A stretch of 64,000 bases of DNA from an uncultured Acidimicrobiia bacterium (lineage in GTDB: Bacteria; Acidobacteriota; Terriglobia; Versatilivoradales; Versatilivoraceae): the NCBI GenBank assembly GCA_963786955.1, contig CAWBAT010000006.1:800001-864000 (forward strand). Direction: 5' to 3'. The notes beneath the pieces are model-generated. The model was not told where the DNA came from. It saw only the letters and a program-made list of their open reading frames with translations, and ran no database searches. Shown piece after piece: positions 1 through 10,071 of this stretch. Both the position numbers and the translations under genes were made by a program. Each line of letters opens with the position of its first letter. Position 1 is the first letter of the stretch.

Positions 1-314
1 CGAATCTCGTTAGTGCGAGATGGTATCTCCGGCAGTAGATTCCTTTGAATATCGGCGGCTACAGATAGTTCTGTCTCGATAGCAATCTGTTTTCTTTCGG
101 CTTCAATCAGACTCAGTCGGGTAGCCTTTAAGTTCATCCAGACGAATGTGATAACACCCAGGAGTAGTGATAACACGACATCACTTATCCAGGTTAGCTC
201 GATCAAACTCGGATGAAAGGCCTGGATAAATGAACGTTCAATCGCGTTTGCCCCGACGTAGGCAACCAGAACCGTCGCGAGAGAGATCAGAAGTTCTGGG
301 TACCGATTCTTCAT
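1..314 (-). CDS. Membrane-anchored PP2C/SpoIIE (RsbU-like) phosphatase, partial (runs off window start)
   Basis: Not in ORF track. Manual translation from ATG at 314 gives MKNRYPELLISLATVLVAY...two hydrophobic segments...IETELSVAADIQRNLLPEIP. ELxxAxxIQxxLLP is the typical helix preceding SpoIIE domains. Confidence 0.75.
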   Translation of the reverse strand, partial: MKNRYPELLISLATVLVAYVGANAIERSFIQAFHPSLIELTWISDVVLSLLLGVITFVWMNLKATRLSLIEAERKQIAIETELSVAADIQRNLLPEIPSRTNEI

Positions 315-357
315 AACGGAACGTACCCTGCATTGAGCAAGGATGAATCGGGGTGGC

Positions 358-3300
358 TTATTCCAACCGGCGGGTATTTTGCTCAAGCTTGCTGCGCCTG
401 CGACTGGCCAACAAATAATAGAGGGACGGCAATGCCAGCAGAGTCAATAACAGGGTAGATAAAAGCCCCCCAACCACCACGGTCGCCAGAGGGCGCTGCA
501 CGTCTGAACCAATTCCCGTGGCTCTTGCCGCCGGGACCATGCCGAGCAAGGCAACCACAATCATCATCAATACGGGCCGCATCTGTGCACAAGCTCCTTG
601 AATCACGGCTTGTTCGACGGAAATGTCGCCCGCTCGGCGCCTGAAGCGGTTAATTTCAGACACCATGAGCACACCACTCATCACGGCGACGCCAAACAAG
701 GAAATAAATCCAACCGCAGCGGAAACACTCAGATTAATATTTCGCAAATACAAAAAGACAATACCGCCCACGAGTGAGAACGGAACATTCATCAACACCA
801 GCCCGGCATGCCCTGCCGAACCAAACGTAAAAAAAAGGAGGGCGAATATGATCGCAATCGTTATGGGAAGAATAATGGCCAGACGGTTTCGGGCTCTTTG
901 CAGGTTCTCAAATTGGCCGCCCCACTCCACACGATAACCTTGTGGAAGTTTAATCGTCGAACGGAATTTTTTCTGGGCCTCCGCAACGAAGCTGCCCTGG
1001 TCACGTCCCCGAATGTTCGTGCGCACGGAAATCATTCGCTTATTCTCTCGCCGGGCAATGATCGAAGCGCCAGCGGCCACCTTGATTTCGGCCAACTGGA
1101 AGAGCGGGACTCTTCCTCCTTCGCGGGTCGGAATCAAAATATTCCCGATAGCATTCGAATCGGCACGAGCCTCCGGCGGATAGCGGACGGTAATTTCAAA
1201 TCGACGTTCTCCTTCAAAAAGCGTCGTCACGGCTCGCCCCCCGATGGCCAGCTCAATGACGTCTTGAACATCACGGACATTAATCCCGTAGCGAGCGACT
1301 TCCTGACGATTGATTTGGATCCTCAACTGGGCTTGGTCCGATTCTTGTTCTATCGCCGCGTCTGCAGATCCTGGAACTTTTTCTAATAGCATGAGACTAT
1401 CTTGAGCAATCTGCCGCAACACCTTCAAGTCAGGCCCGGCGATAATGACAGCCAAATCGGCAGGTGAACCGGTGACCGCTTCCGTGACGTTATCAATGAT
1501 TGGTTGGGTGAAGCTGAAGGAAGCTCCCGGCACTTCATCCCGCAACTTCGCGGCTAGCTCTTCCACCAGGGCAGCTTTATTCATTCCTGGTTTCCAGCTT
1601 TCATAGGGATTCAGAGGAACAAAGATCTCATTGCGATTGGGACCATAGGGGTCTGTTCCAGAGTCGTTTCGACCACTTTGGGAACTGACCATTTTCACCT
1701 CGGGGGATTGTCTAACGAGTCCTCGAACCCGATTGGCGACTTCGGCCGACTTGACGAGCGAAATGCCCGGTGTTAGATTGGCACGAATCCAGATGACTCC
1801 TTCATCTAATTGAGGAAGAAATTCCGTGCCCAGGAAAGATCCCAAAAGGAAGGCGAACAAAACGATGCCCATGGATGAAGCCACAACAAGTCTGGAGCGG
1901 GAGATGGTTCGATTCAAGACGACTTGATAGACCTTGTAGAGCCAGGTGACCACCGGATTTTCCCAGGTCTTTACCCCGTTACGAAAAAGATACGTCGCCA
2001 GGACCGGAATCAGCGTAAGTGCCATCAGCATTGACCCAAGAAGCGCAAAGCAGACAGTGAAGGCCATTGGTGTAAAGAGACGGCGCTCGACTCGTTCGAG
2101 TGTAAACAGGGGGATATAGGCGGCAATAATGATCAGTAACGAAAAAAAGATAGGACGCTCGACTTCCAGGGCAGCATCACGAATGGTGTCTATAATTCTT
2201 CCCCGCCGCTCCTGCGATTGATTTTCCGATAGCCTATGAACAATATGCTCTACCATCACCAGAGTTCCGTCGACGATGATTCCGAAATCCAACGCCCCCA
2301 AGCTGAGGAGGTTGGCAGGGATTCCGCTAAAGTGCATACAGACAAACGCAAAAAGCAGGGAGAGTGGGATGGTCAACGCAGTCAATAGGGCAGCCCGAAC
2401 ACTTCCCAGAAAGAGGAAGAGGATCGCAATCACAATGACCAACCCTTCCAACAAGGTATGGGAGACTGTGTGCAGGGTATTTGAGACCAGCTCTGTCCGA
2501 TCGTAAATGGGCACAATTCGAATTCCTGCGGGGAGGCGCGTGGAATTCAGCTCTTCGGTAGCTTCATGAATACCATTTAACACCTCGGAAGGATTTTCCC
2601 CCCGCCGCATCAAGACAATACCTTCCACCCCATTCGATTTATTGTTGAGTCCAAAGATTCCCGTTGGAATTGCAGCCCCGATCTTCACCCTCCCCACATC
2701 TCGCACAAAAACCGGCACACCTTTGGACTCCGTGATGACAATGCTTTCAATATCACTGACCGACTGGAGCAAGCCGACACCCCGGATCACCATGGCCTGT
2801 TGGCGATTATCCAGCATTGCCCCCCCGGCATTTTGATTATTGGAATTGACTGCCTGGGCAATCTGGCTGATCGAAAGGTCGTATTTCGAGAGGGCGAGCG
2901 GGTCAATTTCGATTTGATACTGCTTAATCAGCCCTCCGAAGGGAGCAACATCTGCAACCCCGGAAACCTGAAGAAAACGCGGGGCAATGACCCAGTCCTG
3001 TAATTCCCGCAACTGCATGGCATCCGCATTGTCTCCTTCAAGTGAGTATCGATACAACTCTCCTATCGGAGTCGACAGTGGCCCGAGGGTTGGAGTCACT
3101 CCGTCCGGCAGGTCTGCATCACGCAAACGTTCCAGAGTCACTTGTCTGGCAAAGTAATCATCCGTCCCATAAGAAAAGGTCAATTCGACTACAGACAAAC
3201 CGAAAATCGTTCTGGACCGGCGGGCGATCACATTGGGGGTATTGTTGAGCGCTCGCTCGATGGGTATCGTAATCTGCTGCTCAACCTCTTCGGCGGCATG

Positions 3301-3465
3301 CCCCGGATAGAGGGTGATCACAACGGCCTGAGTATCGGAAATGTCCGGGTAAGCCTCGATCTTAAGTTGAAGATAGGCCCATATTCCCAAGCCTATGAGC
3401 GCTAACCCCATCAATAGGGCCAAGAATCTTTGACGTAATGCAATCCGCAAGAGCTTAGCAATCAT
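358..3465 (-). CDS. czcA: CusA/CzcA family heavy-metal efflux RND permease
   Basis: 1035 aa; AYPDIS N-terminal motif, SLGALDFGIIVDGTLVMVEH proton-relay motif, GSDVQRPLATVVVGGL C-terminal motif. Confidence 0.93.
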   Translation of the reverse strand: MIAKLLRIALRQRFLALLMGLALIGLGIWAYLQLKIEAYPDISDTQAVVITLYPGHAAEEVEQQITIPIERALNNTPNVIARRSRTIFGLSVVELTFSYGTDDYFARQVTLERLRDADLPDGVTPTLGPLSTPIGELYRYSLEGDNADAMQLRELQDWVIAPRFLQVSGVADVAPFGGLIKQYQIEIDPLALSKYDLSISQIAQAVNSNNQNAGGAMLDNRQQAMVIRGVGLLQSVSDIESIVITESKGVPVFVRDVGRVKIGAAIPTGIFGLNNKSNGVEGIVLMRRGENPSEVLNGIHEATEELNSTRLPAGIRIVPIYDRTELVSNTLHTVSHTLLEGLVIVIAILFLFLGSVRAALLTALTIPLSLLFAFVCMHFSGIPANLLSLGALDFGIIVDGTLVMVEHIVHRLSENQSQERRGRIIDTIRDAALEVERPIFFSLLIIIAAYIPLFTLERVERRLFTPMAFTVCFALLGSMLMALTLIPVLATYLFRNGVKTWENPVVTWLYKVYQVVLNRTISRSRLVVASSMGIVLFAFLLGSFLGTEFLPQLDEGVIWIRANLTPGISLVKSAEVANRVRGLVRQSPEVKMVSSQSGRNDSGTDPYGPNRNEIFVPLNPYESWKPGMNKAALVEELAAKLRDEVPGASFSFTQPIIDNVTEAVTGSPADLAVIIAGPDLKVLRQIAQDSLMLLEKVPGSADAAIEQESDQAQLRIQINRQEVARYGINVRDVQDVIELAIGGRAVTTLFEGERRFEITVRYPPEARADSNAIGNILIPTREGGRVPLFQLAEIKVAAGASIIARRENKRMISVRTNIRGRDQGSFVAEAQKKFRSTIKLPQGYRVEWGGQFENLQRARNRLAIILPITIAIIFALLFFTFGSAGHAGLVLMNVPFSLVGGIVFLYLRNINLSVSAAVGFISLFGVAVMSGVLMVSEINRFRRRAGDISVEQAVIQGACAQMRPVLMMIVVALLGMVPAARATGIGSDVQRPLATVVVGGLLSTLLLTLLALPSLYYLLASRRRSKLEQNTRRLE

Positions 3466-3505
3466 CTAATCGATCCTGATTCTGAATGGGATAGCCCCAG
3501 TTATG

Positions 3506-3820
3506 TTAAGTGAGGACTTCAACATCCAGCATTACCATGAGGCTGTCCCCCACCATGCCTCTGATCTCTCCAAGAAAGGGACGTAATTTGGCCTCTTCTT
3601 CGACGACACTGATGGTAACCGGGCGATCATCCGAAATCCCAAAGAGCCGCTTGTGGTGAACCCTTTGCTGGAACCCATAGCCCATAATCCCCCGATGTAC
3701 AGTGGCACCTGAAATGCCGTGCTGGAGGAGGCGACGGACAATCGCCTCATAGACGGGTAAGTCCTCCCACACATCGGTTTCATCCAAATAAATGAGGAGG
3801 AGCTTGACGTTTTGAATCAT
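3506..3820 (-). CDS. DUF190 (PII-like) domain protein
   Basis: 104 aa; GISGATVHRGIMGYG and SDDRPVTISVVEEE motifs typical of DUF190. Confidence 0.85.
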   Translation of the reverse strand: MIQNVKLLLIYLDETDVWEDLPVYEAIVRRLLQHGISGATVHRGIMGYGFQQRVHHKRLFGISDDRPVTISVVEEEAKLRPFLGEIRGMVGDSLMVMLDVEVLT

Positions 3821-3858
3821 ATTTTAGAGACTCCTTTTCCCTGCTGGCCAGGAAATGC

Positions 3859-5016
3859 CTACTGACTCTTGAGGAGCATCACACCATCGACAACGATTCG
3901 AACTCCGGGCTTCAGTCCGCTGATTACCGGAAGCTTCTCCCCTTCCCTTTTTCCTAACGTCACCGTGGTTTGCCGGAAGCGGCCAGGACCTTCTTCCACA
4001 TAAATGATCGATTGTCCGTCCCCCTGGACTACCGCCCCCATGGGAACCACAGGGACTTTTCGATAATCCTCACTATGACGTATCTGGGCAAACATCTCGG
4101 GGCGAAATCGACCGTGAAAGTTATCTAATTCCGCTCGTACCTTGACAGTTCGGGTTTGTGGGTCCACGGTATCGGCAATACGGGTTACTCTCCCGGGGAA
4201 TTTTTCATCGGGAAAAGCAAGCAGTGTTATTTCTACTTTCTCGCCCACATCGATGAAGCGAATATAACTCTCCGGCACATCTGAAGAGACCCAAAGAGTG
4301 CCGAAATCGGCTACTGTCATGACTGGAGTGGTCGTGTCGTTTCGGTATTCCCCCGGAACAATGCTCGTTTCCAGAATTTTTCCACCAATCGGAGAACGAA
4401 CAACAACCTTTTGCCCAAAACTTCCCGGCTTCAAGCCTAGAATTTCCAGCCTGCGCTGAGCCTGTTCTTTCACTGCATGAGCCTGCTCAACTGCCGCTTT
4501 GGCTTGTACCAAGGAATTTTCAGCACTTAAGACTTCCTTCTTGGCAATGGCATTGTGCTCATAAAGGTCGGTGGCTCGATCAAAATCAGCCTGAGATTTC
4601 ACGAGGCTTGATTTGGATTGCGTTAAGCTTGCATCCGCCTGCAAATAAATTGCCTCGGCTGCATCCGCATCGGGACTTTCCACAGTTAATAAAGCTTGAC
4701 CCGACGAAACACTGTCACCAATTTTTACCGAAACAGAAGTAATCCTCCCGGTAACGGGCAGTACAATTCGGGAGACTCGATTGGGATTGACCTCTAGTTT
4801 TCCGGGTGAAATCACTTCATTCGCAGGCAGGTCGGCGCTCTCCACTGTTTCGATCCGGATGCTGGCTAACTTAGGGGAGTCCGGGGAGATGACCACGAGC
4901 CCTGGGGTTGCCAAAGATGGAGGAGGAGAAGAGACGGTGCTCGGCTCTTTTCCTGCTGAACAGGCGCCCAGTAACAGCAGAGTGGTCCAAACTATGAGGT
5001 AATGGATTCTTTTCAC
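3859..5016 (-). CDS. RND efflux periplasmic adaptor (CzcB/CusB-like) lipoprotein
   Basis: Lipobox LLGAC; hairpin coiled coil; VDPQTRTVKVRAEL and RPEMFA motifs. Confidence 0.92.
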   Translation of the reverse strand: MKRIHYLIVWTTLLLLGACSAGKEPSTVSSPPPSLATPGLVVISPDSPKLASIRIETVESADLPANEVISPGKLEVNPNRVSRIVLPVTGRITSVSVKIGDSVSSGQALLTVESPDADAAEAIYLQADASLTQSKSSLVKSQADFDRATDLYEHNAIAKKEVLSAENSLVQAKAAVEQAHAVKEQAQRRLEILGLKPGSFGQKVVVRSPIGGKILETSIVPGEYRNDTTTPVMTVADFGTLWVSSDVPESYIRFIDVGEKVEITLLAFPDEKFPGRVTRIADTVDPQTRTVKVRAELDNFHGRFRPEMFAQIRHSEDYRKVPVVPMGAVVQGDGQSIIYVEEGPGRFRQTTVTLGKREGEKLPVISGLKPGVRIVVDGVMLLKSQ

Positions 5017-6290
5017 GGGGTGACGGCCTTTCCTGAAATGGAGTCTGTCAGGTACAAGCTGCGAGCAAACTCAGCCCGCGCTTCGTTATAACTCTGCATC
5101 GTGTCATTAAATGCCCGCTGGGCGTCGAGGAACTCCACCAAGCTGGCCTCCCCCCGGCGGTAGGAATATTCCATGGTCTGGCGGACATCGCGGGCCTGTT
5201 GGAGCATGTTCGTTTCAATCCCTTTGAGTAAATCCCGGGCCGTCTCAAATCGCAGGTAGGCATTTTCCACCTCGATCTGGATGGCTGCCTTGAAGGTTTG
5301 AATGCGGGCCTCGATCTGGCGCTGCTCTTGACGCGCACGTTCAATTTCCCCTTGATTGCGGTTAAACACAGGAATGGGTGTACTGAAGAAAAACCCCATC
5401 GCATTGGCAGCGGGAACGGCATTCCCATATTGGCGGTGATATTCAGTGCCGACCGTATAGTCCACTTTCCCCTGAGCCATTTGTAATTTCACATCCGCTG
5501 CGGATCGAGACTCGTCCCGTGTCAAAGCTTGAAGGTCGGGGCGCAATTGGAAAGCTTCCTGGCGAATGGATTCCATATCCGCGGGGAGATCATCCCGTCG
5601 AAAATCTCCGGCAATTTCAAAATCAGGCTGAGGTACAGCCCGGCCCATCAGAGACTGAAGACGGTTTCGAGCCATGCGCAAGTTGGCTTCCTGTTGCCGA
5701 ACCGCGTTTTGAAACTGCAGCGCGGCCAGCTTGGATCGAACCAGCTCAACTTCCGCGAGATCTCCAGCTTTGACTTTAGCGGTGTTGATCGCCACGATTT
5801 CGTCAAAAGCCTTCAGGTTTTCTGCAGCCAAAGCCAGATTTGCCTTTGTCAATAGGAGCTCCGCAATCGCGTTCTGCACATCGAGAATCAAAAGCCGGGT
5901 CGCGTTCAGCAATTGCAGTTCGGCCACCGCCTTGGCATTGTCGGCAACTTCCATCCGGTGTTGCCGCTTGCCGCCTCGTTCCAAAAGAAAATCGACCCGG
6001 AAATTCACCTCAGGAGGACCCGCATTCCAATTGAGGTTATTTGCAAACCCGCTTCCCAGGATGTCTTGATAATCAGCGTCAGCCGTGAAAACCGGATTTG
6101 GGCGAAGGCGCGCGGTAATTCGGCGTGCGTCAGCGATACTCAAGTTGTAGCGTTCGGCCATTAGACTTAGATTCTTTTCGACCGCCTCCCGTGTCACTTG
6201 TCCAATGGTCCAGGGCGCTTCTTGACGTCCCTGAGCGAAAAGAGTAGAGGAACAGAAGAGGATCAAAAGAATTCCGAAATACATGCGCAT
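5013..6290 (-). CDS. TolC/CzcC family outer membrane efflux protein
   Basis: Signal peptide; PIPVFNRNQGEI and YRRGEASLVEFLDAQR motifs; overlaps adaptor start. Confidence 0.92.
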   Translation of the reverse strand: MRMYFGILLILFCSSTLFAQGRQEAPWTIGQVTREAVEKNLSLMAERYNLSIADARRITARLRPNPVFTADADYQDILGSGFANNLNWNAGPPEVNFRVDFLLERGGKRQHRMEVADNAKAVAELQLLNATRLLILDVQNAIAELLLTKANLALAAENLKAFDEIVAINTAKVKAGDLAEVELVRSKLAALQFQNAVRQQEANLRMARNRLQSLMGRAVPQPDFEIAGDFRRDDLPADMESIRQEAFQLRPDLQALTRDESRSAADVKLQMAQGKVDYTVGTEYHRQYGNAVPAANAMGFFFSTPIPVFNRNQGEIERARQEQRQIEARIQTFKAAIQIEVENAYLRFETARDLLKGIETNMLQQARDVRQTMEYSYRRGEASLVEFLDAQRAFNDTMQSYNEARAEFARSLYLTDSISGKAVTP

Positions 6291-6444
6291 CCACTAGACC
6301 CCCAATAAACAATGCACTATTGTGACCAGTTATCGATTTAGCACTTGCTCAAGAATCGCCAACCTCGTTCCAAAAGATATGAAAAAACAGAAGGAAGATC
6401 GCACGGCATTTCACTCCACCACCTTGGCACCTAAAGGTCCAGGG

Positions 6445-6615
6445 TTACTGAAGCCGTCCATCATGATCCCCTTCCTTTTCAGTGAGTCCCCTCTTGAAAG
6501 AAGAAATCCCTTCACCCAGTGATTTCCCGATTGAAGGGAGCTTTTTCGGGCCGAGAATGATCAAAGCGATGACTAAAATGATGACGAGTTCAGGCACTCC
6601 AATTTGACCCAGCAA
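6445..6615 (-). CDS. tatA: Twin-arginine translocase TatA/TatE subunit
   Basis: IGVPELVIILVIALIILGPKKLPSIGKSLGEGISSFKRG; start re-assigned to TTG at 6615 behind SD GAGGAGG. Confidence 0.9.
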   Translation of the reverse strand: MLGQIGVPELVIILVIALIILGPKKLPSIGKSLGEGISSFKRGLTEKEGDHDGRLQ

Positions 6616-6686
6616 TCTTTTTTCCTCCTCTCTAATTCGGTGCTCGACGAACCAGCCGAGTGAAAGGTTTCCCGAGAGCAACTCAG

Positions 6687-6702
6687 AGCAAAAGACTCTC
6701 CA
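6687..6702 (-). promoter_or_regulatory. Sigma-54 -24/-12 promoter upstream of tatA
   Basis: Minus strand TGGAGAGTCTTTTGCT with exact GG-N10-GC spacing; enhancer-like boxes at 6791-6859. Confidence 0.6.
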
Positions 6703-6790
6703 ATCCTCTCGGATATTTCTTAACCCCTTATTTGTCTTACCTTAAGCAATTGTTTATTGGTTTTCTGGTTGGTTCGGAAGGCTTTTATGA

Positions 6791-6859
6791 TGGGGCAAGA
6801 ATGCGTCGGGAATCAAAAGTGTCACAGTATTTATCAACTACCGTCGCAGACTTATTCAA
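6791..6859. promoter_or_regulatory. Candidate bEBP enhancer (UAS) boxes
   Basis: TGGGGCAAGAATGC (6791-6804) plus imperfect 17-bp direct repeats GTCACAGTATTTATCAA (6821-6837) and GTCGCAGACTTATTCAA (6843-6859), 22 bp apart. Confidence 0.45.
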
Positions 6860-6895
6860 GGGATAGCACAAGAACGCAATGCTCATAGTAGATAA

Positions 6896-8266
6896 CTATT
6901 CACGATGAATCCCATGGCGCTCTAAAATGCGATAAAGAGTACGCCGATCGATATCCAAGACTTCCGCTGCCCTGGTCATGTTTTGACCTGTTGCCGCAAG
7001 GACCTCCATGACATATTCTTTTTCCTTCTCGGCGAGCGTCATTAAAGAGTTGGAAGACATCGAACTTTGATGCAAGGTATCCTGAGGCCAACGGATCTCT
7101 TCAGGGAAGTCTTCGGGAGTGAGGACGCCACTGGAATTGAGCGCGATGGCGCGCTCCACTGCATTTTCCAATTCACGCACATTCCCTGGCCACGAGTAAT
7201 GACTCAGCATCGAATATACCGAGTCATGAATCGCGATGGTCCTGGACGAAGCTTCTGCGTGTCGCCTCACAAAATAGTCCAGTAATAGAGGAATGTCCCC
7301 ACGTCTTTCACGCAGAGGCGGAAGATCAATAGTGACAACCTTAAGCCGGTAGTAGAGGTCTTCGCGGAACTCATGAGAACGCACCATATTCTCAATTGGT
7401 CGGTTCGTTGCGGCAATAATGCGAACGTCCACTTTTGTGGTATTGGTGGACCCTACTCTCATAACTTCTCGTTCTTCCAAGACCCGAAGTAACTTCATCT
7501 GCAACCCCGGGGTCGGGTCCGAGATCTCATCGAGAAAACATGTCCCCTCTTGAGCGGCTTCAAATAATCCGACCTTGGTGCTTGAGGCGCCGGTAAATGC
7601 GCCTTTTTCATGTCCAAATAATTCGCTTTCCAGCAGGGATTCGGTAAGCGCTCCACAATTGATCGCTTTAAAGGGGCCAGTTCGTCGAGGGCTTGTCTTG
7701 TGGATGAGTCGGGCTACTCGTTCCTTCCCAGTACCGCTTTCGCCCTGGATCAAAACAGTTGTTTGCAAAGGCGCAACGCGAGCAATGAGTTTATAGACTT
7801 CGACCATTTCAGGGCTATGGCCAATAATTTCAGATTCAGGAGCAGAGCTTTGTACAACGGATTGGAGTCGCTGAATCTCTCGGCAAAGCCTGACTTGTTC
7901 CAACGCCCGTTTTGCCAGCACGCGAAGGTGATCTAGCTTAAAAGGTTTACTCAAGTAATCATATGCCCCCTTATGAATGGCATCGATGGCCGTCTCCATT
8001 GAGGCGAACCCGGTCATGACAATCACCGGGATATCCTTCTGGGTTGAGCGGACAACCTCCAGCACCTTCATTCCGTCCAACTCGCGCATTCTCAAATCAG
8101 TCAAAATCAGGTCCAGTTCCTGCGAAGACAAGATTTCGAGGGCTTGTTTGCCGCTCATCGCGCGATGGACTTGATAGCCTTCGTGCTCCAACACTTCCGA
8201 TAGGGAATCAAGGGCCGAACGATCGTCATCGACAACCAAAACTCTCGGGATAGCTTTCTCAGTCAT
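6896..8266 (-). CDS. Sigma-54-dependent response regulator (NtrC/ZraR family)
   Basis: REC domain; GESGTGKE Walker A; ESELFGHEKGAFTGA; C-terminal Fis-type HTH. Confidence 0.95.
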   Translation of the reverse strand: MTEKAIPRVLVVDDDRSALDSLSEVLEHEGYQVHRAMSGKQALEILSSQELDLILTDLRMRELDGMKVLEVVRSTQKDIPVIVMTGFASMETAIDAIHKGAYDYLSKPFKLDHLRVLAKRALEQVRLCREIQRLQSVVQSSAPESEIIGHSPEMVEVYKLIARVAPLQTTVLIQGESGTGKERVARLIHKTSPRRTGPFKAINCGALTESLLESELFGHEKGAFTGASSTKVGLFEAAQEGTCFLDEISDPTPGLQMKLLRVLEEREVMRVGSTNTTKVDVRIIAATNRPIENMVRSHEFREDLYYRLKVVTIDLPPLRERRGDIPLLLDYFVRRHAEASSRTIAIHDSVYSMLSHYSWPGNVRELENAVERAIALNSSGVLTPEDFPEEIRWPQDTLHQSSMSSNSLMTLAEKEKEYVMEVLAATGQNMTRAAEVLDIDRRTLYRILERHGIHRE

Positions 8267-9864
8267 TTCGGCCCCACCTCATGACGTTCAGATTCGACGC
8301 CTAATTTCCTGGGGACTTTAGCCGGAATCAAAGGGAGGATGATGGTAAAAGAGGCCCCCTGCCCCTCCTCACTTTGGATGGAAATGCTCCCTTGATGGTG
8401 TGCAACAATTTCTTTGCACAAAGCTAGTCCAAGTCCTGTTCCCCTCTCAAACTCCTTTGTTGTAAAGAATGGTTCAAAAATCTCTGCCTGGCGATCCTGC
8501 GGGATACCCACCCCGCTGTCGCTGACTTCCACCTGTACGAAGTCCGAAAGAGTCTGGAAATTTTCAATCCGTTTGAGCTGGACGCGGATCTTTCCCTGGT
8601 CCTGGACAGCTTCCACGGAGTTGTTCAAGAGATTAAGAAAGAGTTGCTGGAGTTGATCTACATTACCCGAAATCCAAAAGACATCCTCATGGCTGGTCAG
8701 AGTAAATTGGACACGCCTGGATTCAAACGTCGGCCCCAACAATTGGCTGATTTTGCATACAATCTCCACGAGTTCGACAGGTTCTAATTGAGTGGCGGGT
8801 CGTGTTGTATTCAAAAGGTTCTCTACAATGCCGCAAACCCGGTCAATTTGCTCGCCGGCAAGACATAATCTCTCACGAATCCTGGGATCCAACCCTCTAT
8901 CTTCCAACATCATTTGCAAATGAGTTGAGATTGCGCTTAAGGGAGATCCGATCTCATGAGCAAAGGTTGCCGTGAGTTGCCCAGCAAGTGCCAATCGTTC
9001 GGCTTGGGTCAACTTCCTTTGAGTCTCCAGGAGTTGGAGGTTGAGCTTCTTCAGATCCTTGTTCCTGGTTCTCAGTTGGCTCGTTGCGGCATCGACTCGC
9101 AATTGTAGCTCTTCATGGTACTTTTGAACTTCTTCCAAGAGAAAATTAAAGCCCCGCCCTAATTCTCCCAGTTCTCCAGTCAATTTCTCTGAAGCTCGCG
9201 CCATCTTTTCGCCTTCCCTGAATCGATGCATGACATCGAGTAGATGCTTGACCGTTCGGTAAACCGTATTTCGAAAGAGCCACCCAACGGCAAAAACCAT
9301 CAAACCAACGGTTACAACAAGCGAATAGATCCGGATTCGGCCCTGGGTAGACAGAATTTGATCCACCGTTTGGAGGGAACTGACTACGCTCACAATTCCT
9401 CGAGTCCCATCATAGAAGTAAATGGGGCTGACCGAAAATACTTGACGCGTTCCTCCTTCTTGAACGATGAACGTTTTCGCCTTTTGGGCATAAAAAGCTC
9501 TAGTCTCTTCTCCTTCGAGAACCCGGTCGCCACGGAAAGAACTGGAATCCAGGTTTTTCAATTCACCCTTAATCTCCGCGTAGAGGTCTACTCGGACAAT
9601 GTTGGGTTCCAATTCCAGGATCTCTCGGACAAGGGTCTTATAGGGTTGTGGTACATCGGAGGCACTGGAATGCGATAGGCTGTGAGCTAGGCGCTGCGCG
9701 GCATTCGATGTTTGAACGCCAATCGTTCCTTCGACAGCATTCACTGCCGTTCGTGTCGTGACCCAATTGGCAATAACCAGGACCGAAGCGGACAAGAGTA
9801 TGGTCGAAACATGAATGCGCCTTTGCAATGACCATTGACTGACTGGGGAAAACCATCGGCTCAT
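8263..9864 (-). CDS. Sensor histidine kinase (periplasmic sensor, HAMP, HisKA, HATPase)
   Basis: Two TM segments; FAHEIGSPL H-box; DSGVGI, FEPFFTTK, GTGLGL; 4-bp overlap with regulator. Confidence 0.93.
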   Translation of the reverse strand: MSRWFSPVSQWSLQRRIHVSTILLSASVLVIANWVTTRTAVNAVEGTIGVQTSNAAQRLAHSLSHSSASDVPQPYKTLVREILELEPNIVRVDLYAEIKGELKNLDSSSFRGDRVLEGEETRAFYAQKAKTFIVQEGGTRQVFSVSPIYFYDGTRGIVSVVSSLQTVDQILSTQGRIRIYSLVVTVGLMVFAVGWLFRNTVYRTVKHLLDVMHRFREGEKMARASEKLTGELGELGRGFNFLLEEVQKYHEELQLRVDAATSQLRTRNKDLKKLNLQLLETQRKLTQAERLALAGQLTATFAHEIGSPLSAISTHLQMMLEDRGLDPRIRERLCLAGEQIDRVCGIVENLLNTTRPATQLEPVELVEIVCKISQLLGPTFESRRVQFTLTSHEDVFWISGNVDQLQQLFLNLLNNSVEAVQDQGKIRVQLKRIENFQTLSDFVQVEVSDSGVGIPQDRQAEIFEPFFTTKEFERGTGLGLALCKEIVAHHQGSISIQSEEGQGASFTIILPLIPAKVPRKLGVESERHEVGPK

Positions 9865-10055
9865 AGGTTATTTCCTGACCGGTGTGAACTGGATGGGACG
9901 AACAAAATCTTGATCATTCTTGGATTAGCAATGCGCTATCACCGATGCCCCGGAACAAAAGCTGCCGCCTTGAAAGGATGGGTTGCAACTGTGATGACTG
10001 TCTTTCTTGACCGCCTCCTCCCGCCAGGAGGGATAAGTCACTCAAGTCCGTTAAG

Positions 10056-10071
10056 TGCAAGATAGATTCCA
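10056..10071 (-). promoter_or_regulatory. Sigma-54 -24/-12 promoter upstream of the histidine kinase
   Basis: Minus strand TGGAATCTATCTTGCA; tandem boxes TGGGGCAGAAATGCAAAC / TGCTGCAGAACTGCCACA at 10157-10192. Confidence 0.6.

Noticed and set aside
6346-6361. Possible sigma-54 site directly before tolC (TGGCGATTCTTGAGCA)
   Set aside because: The -12 element lacks TTGC and no separate enhancer is evident
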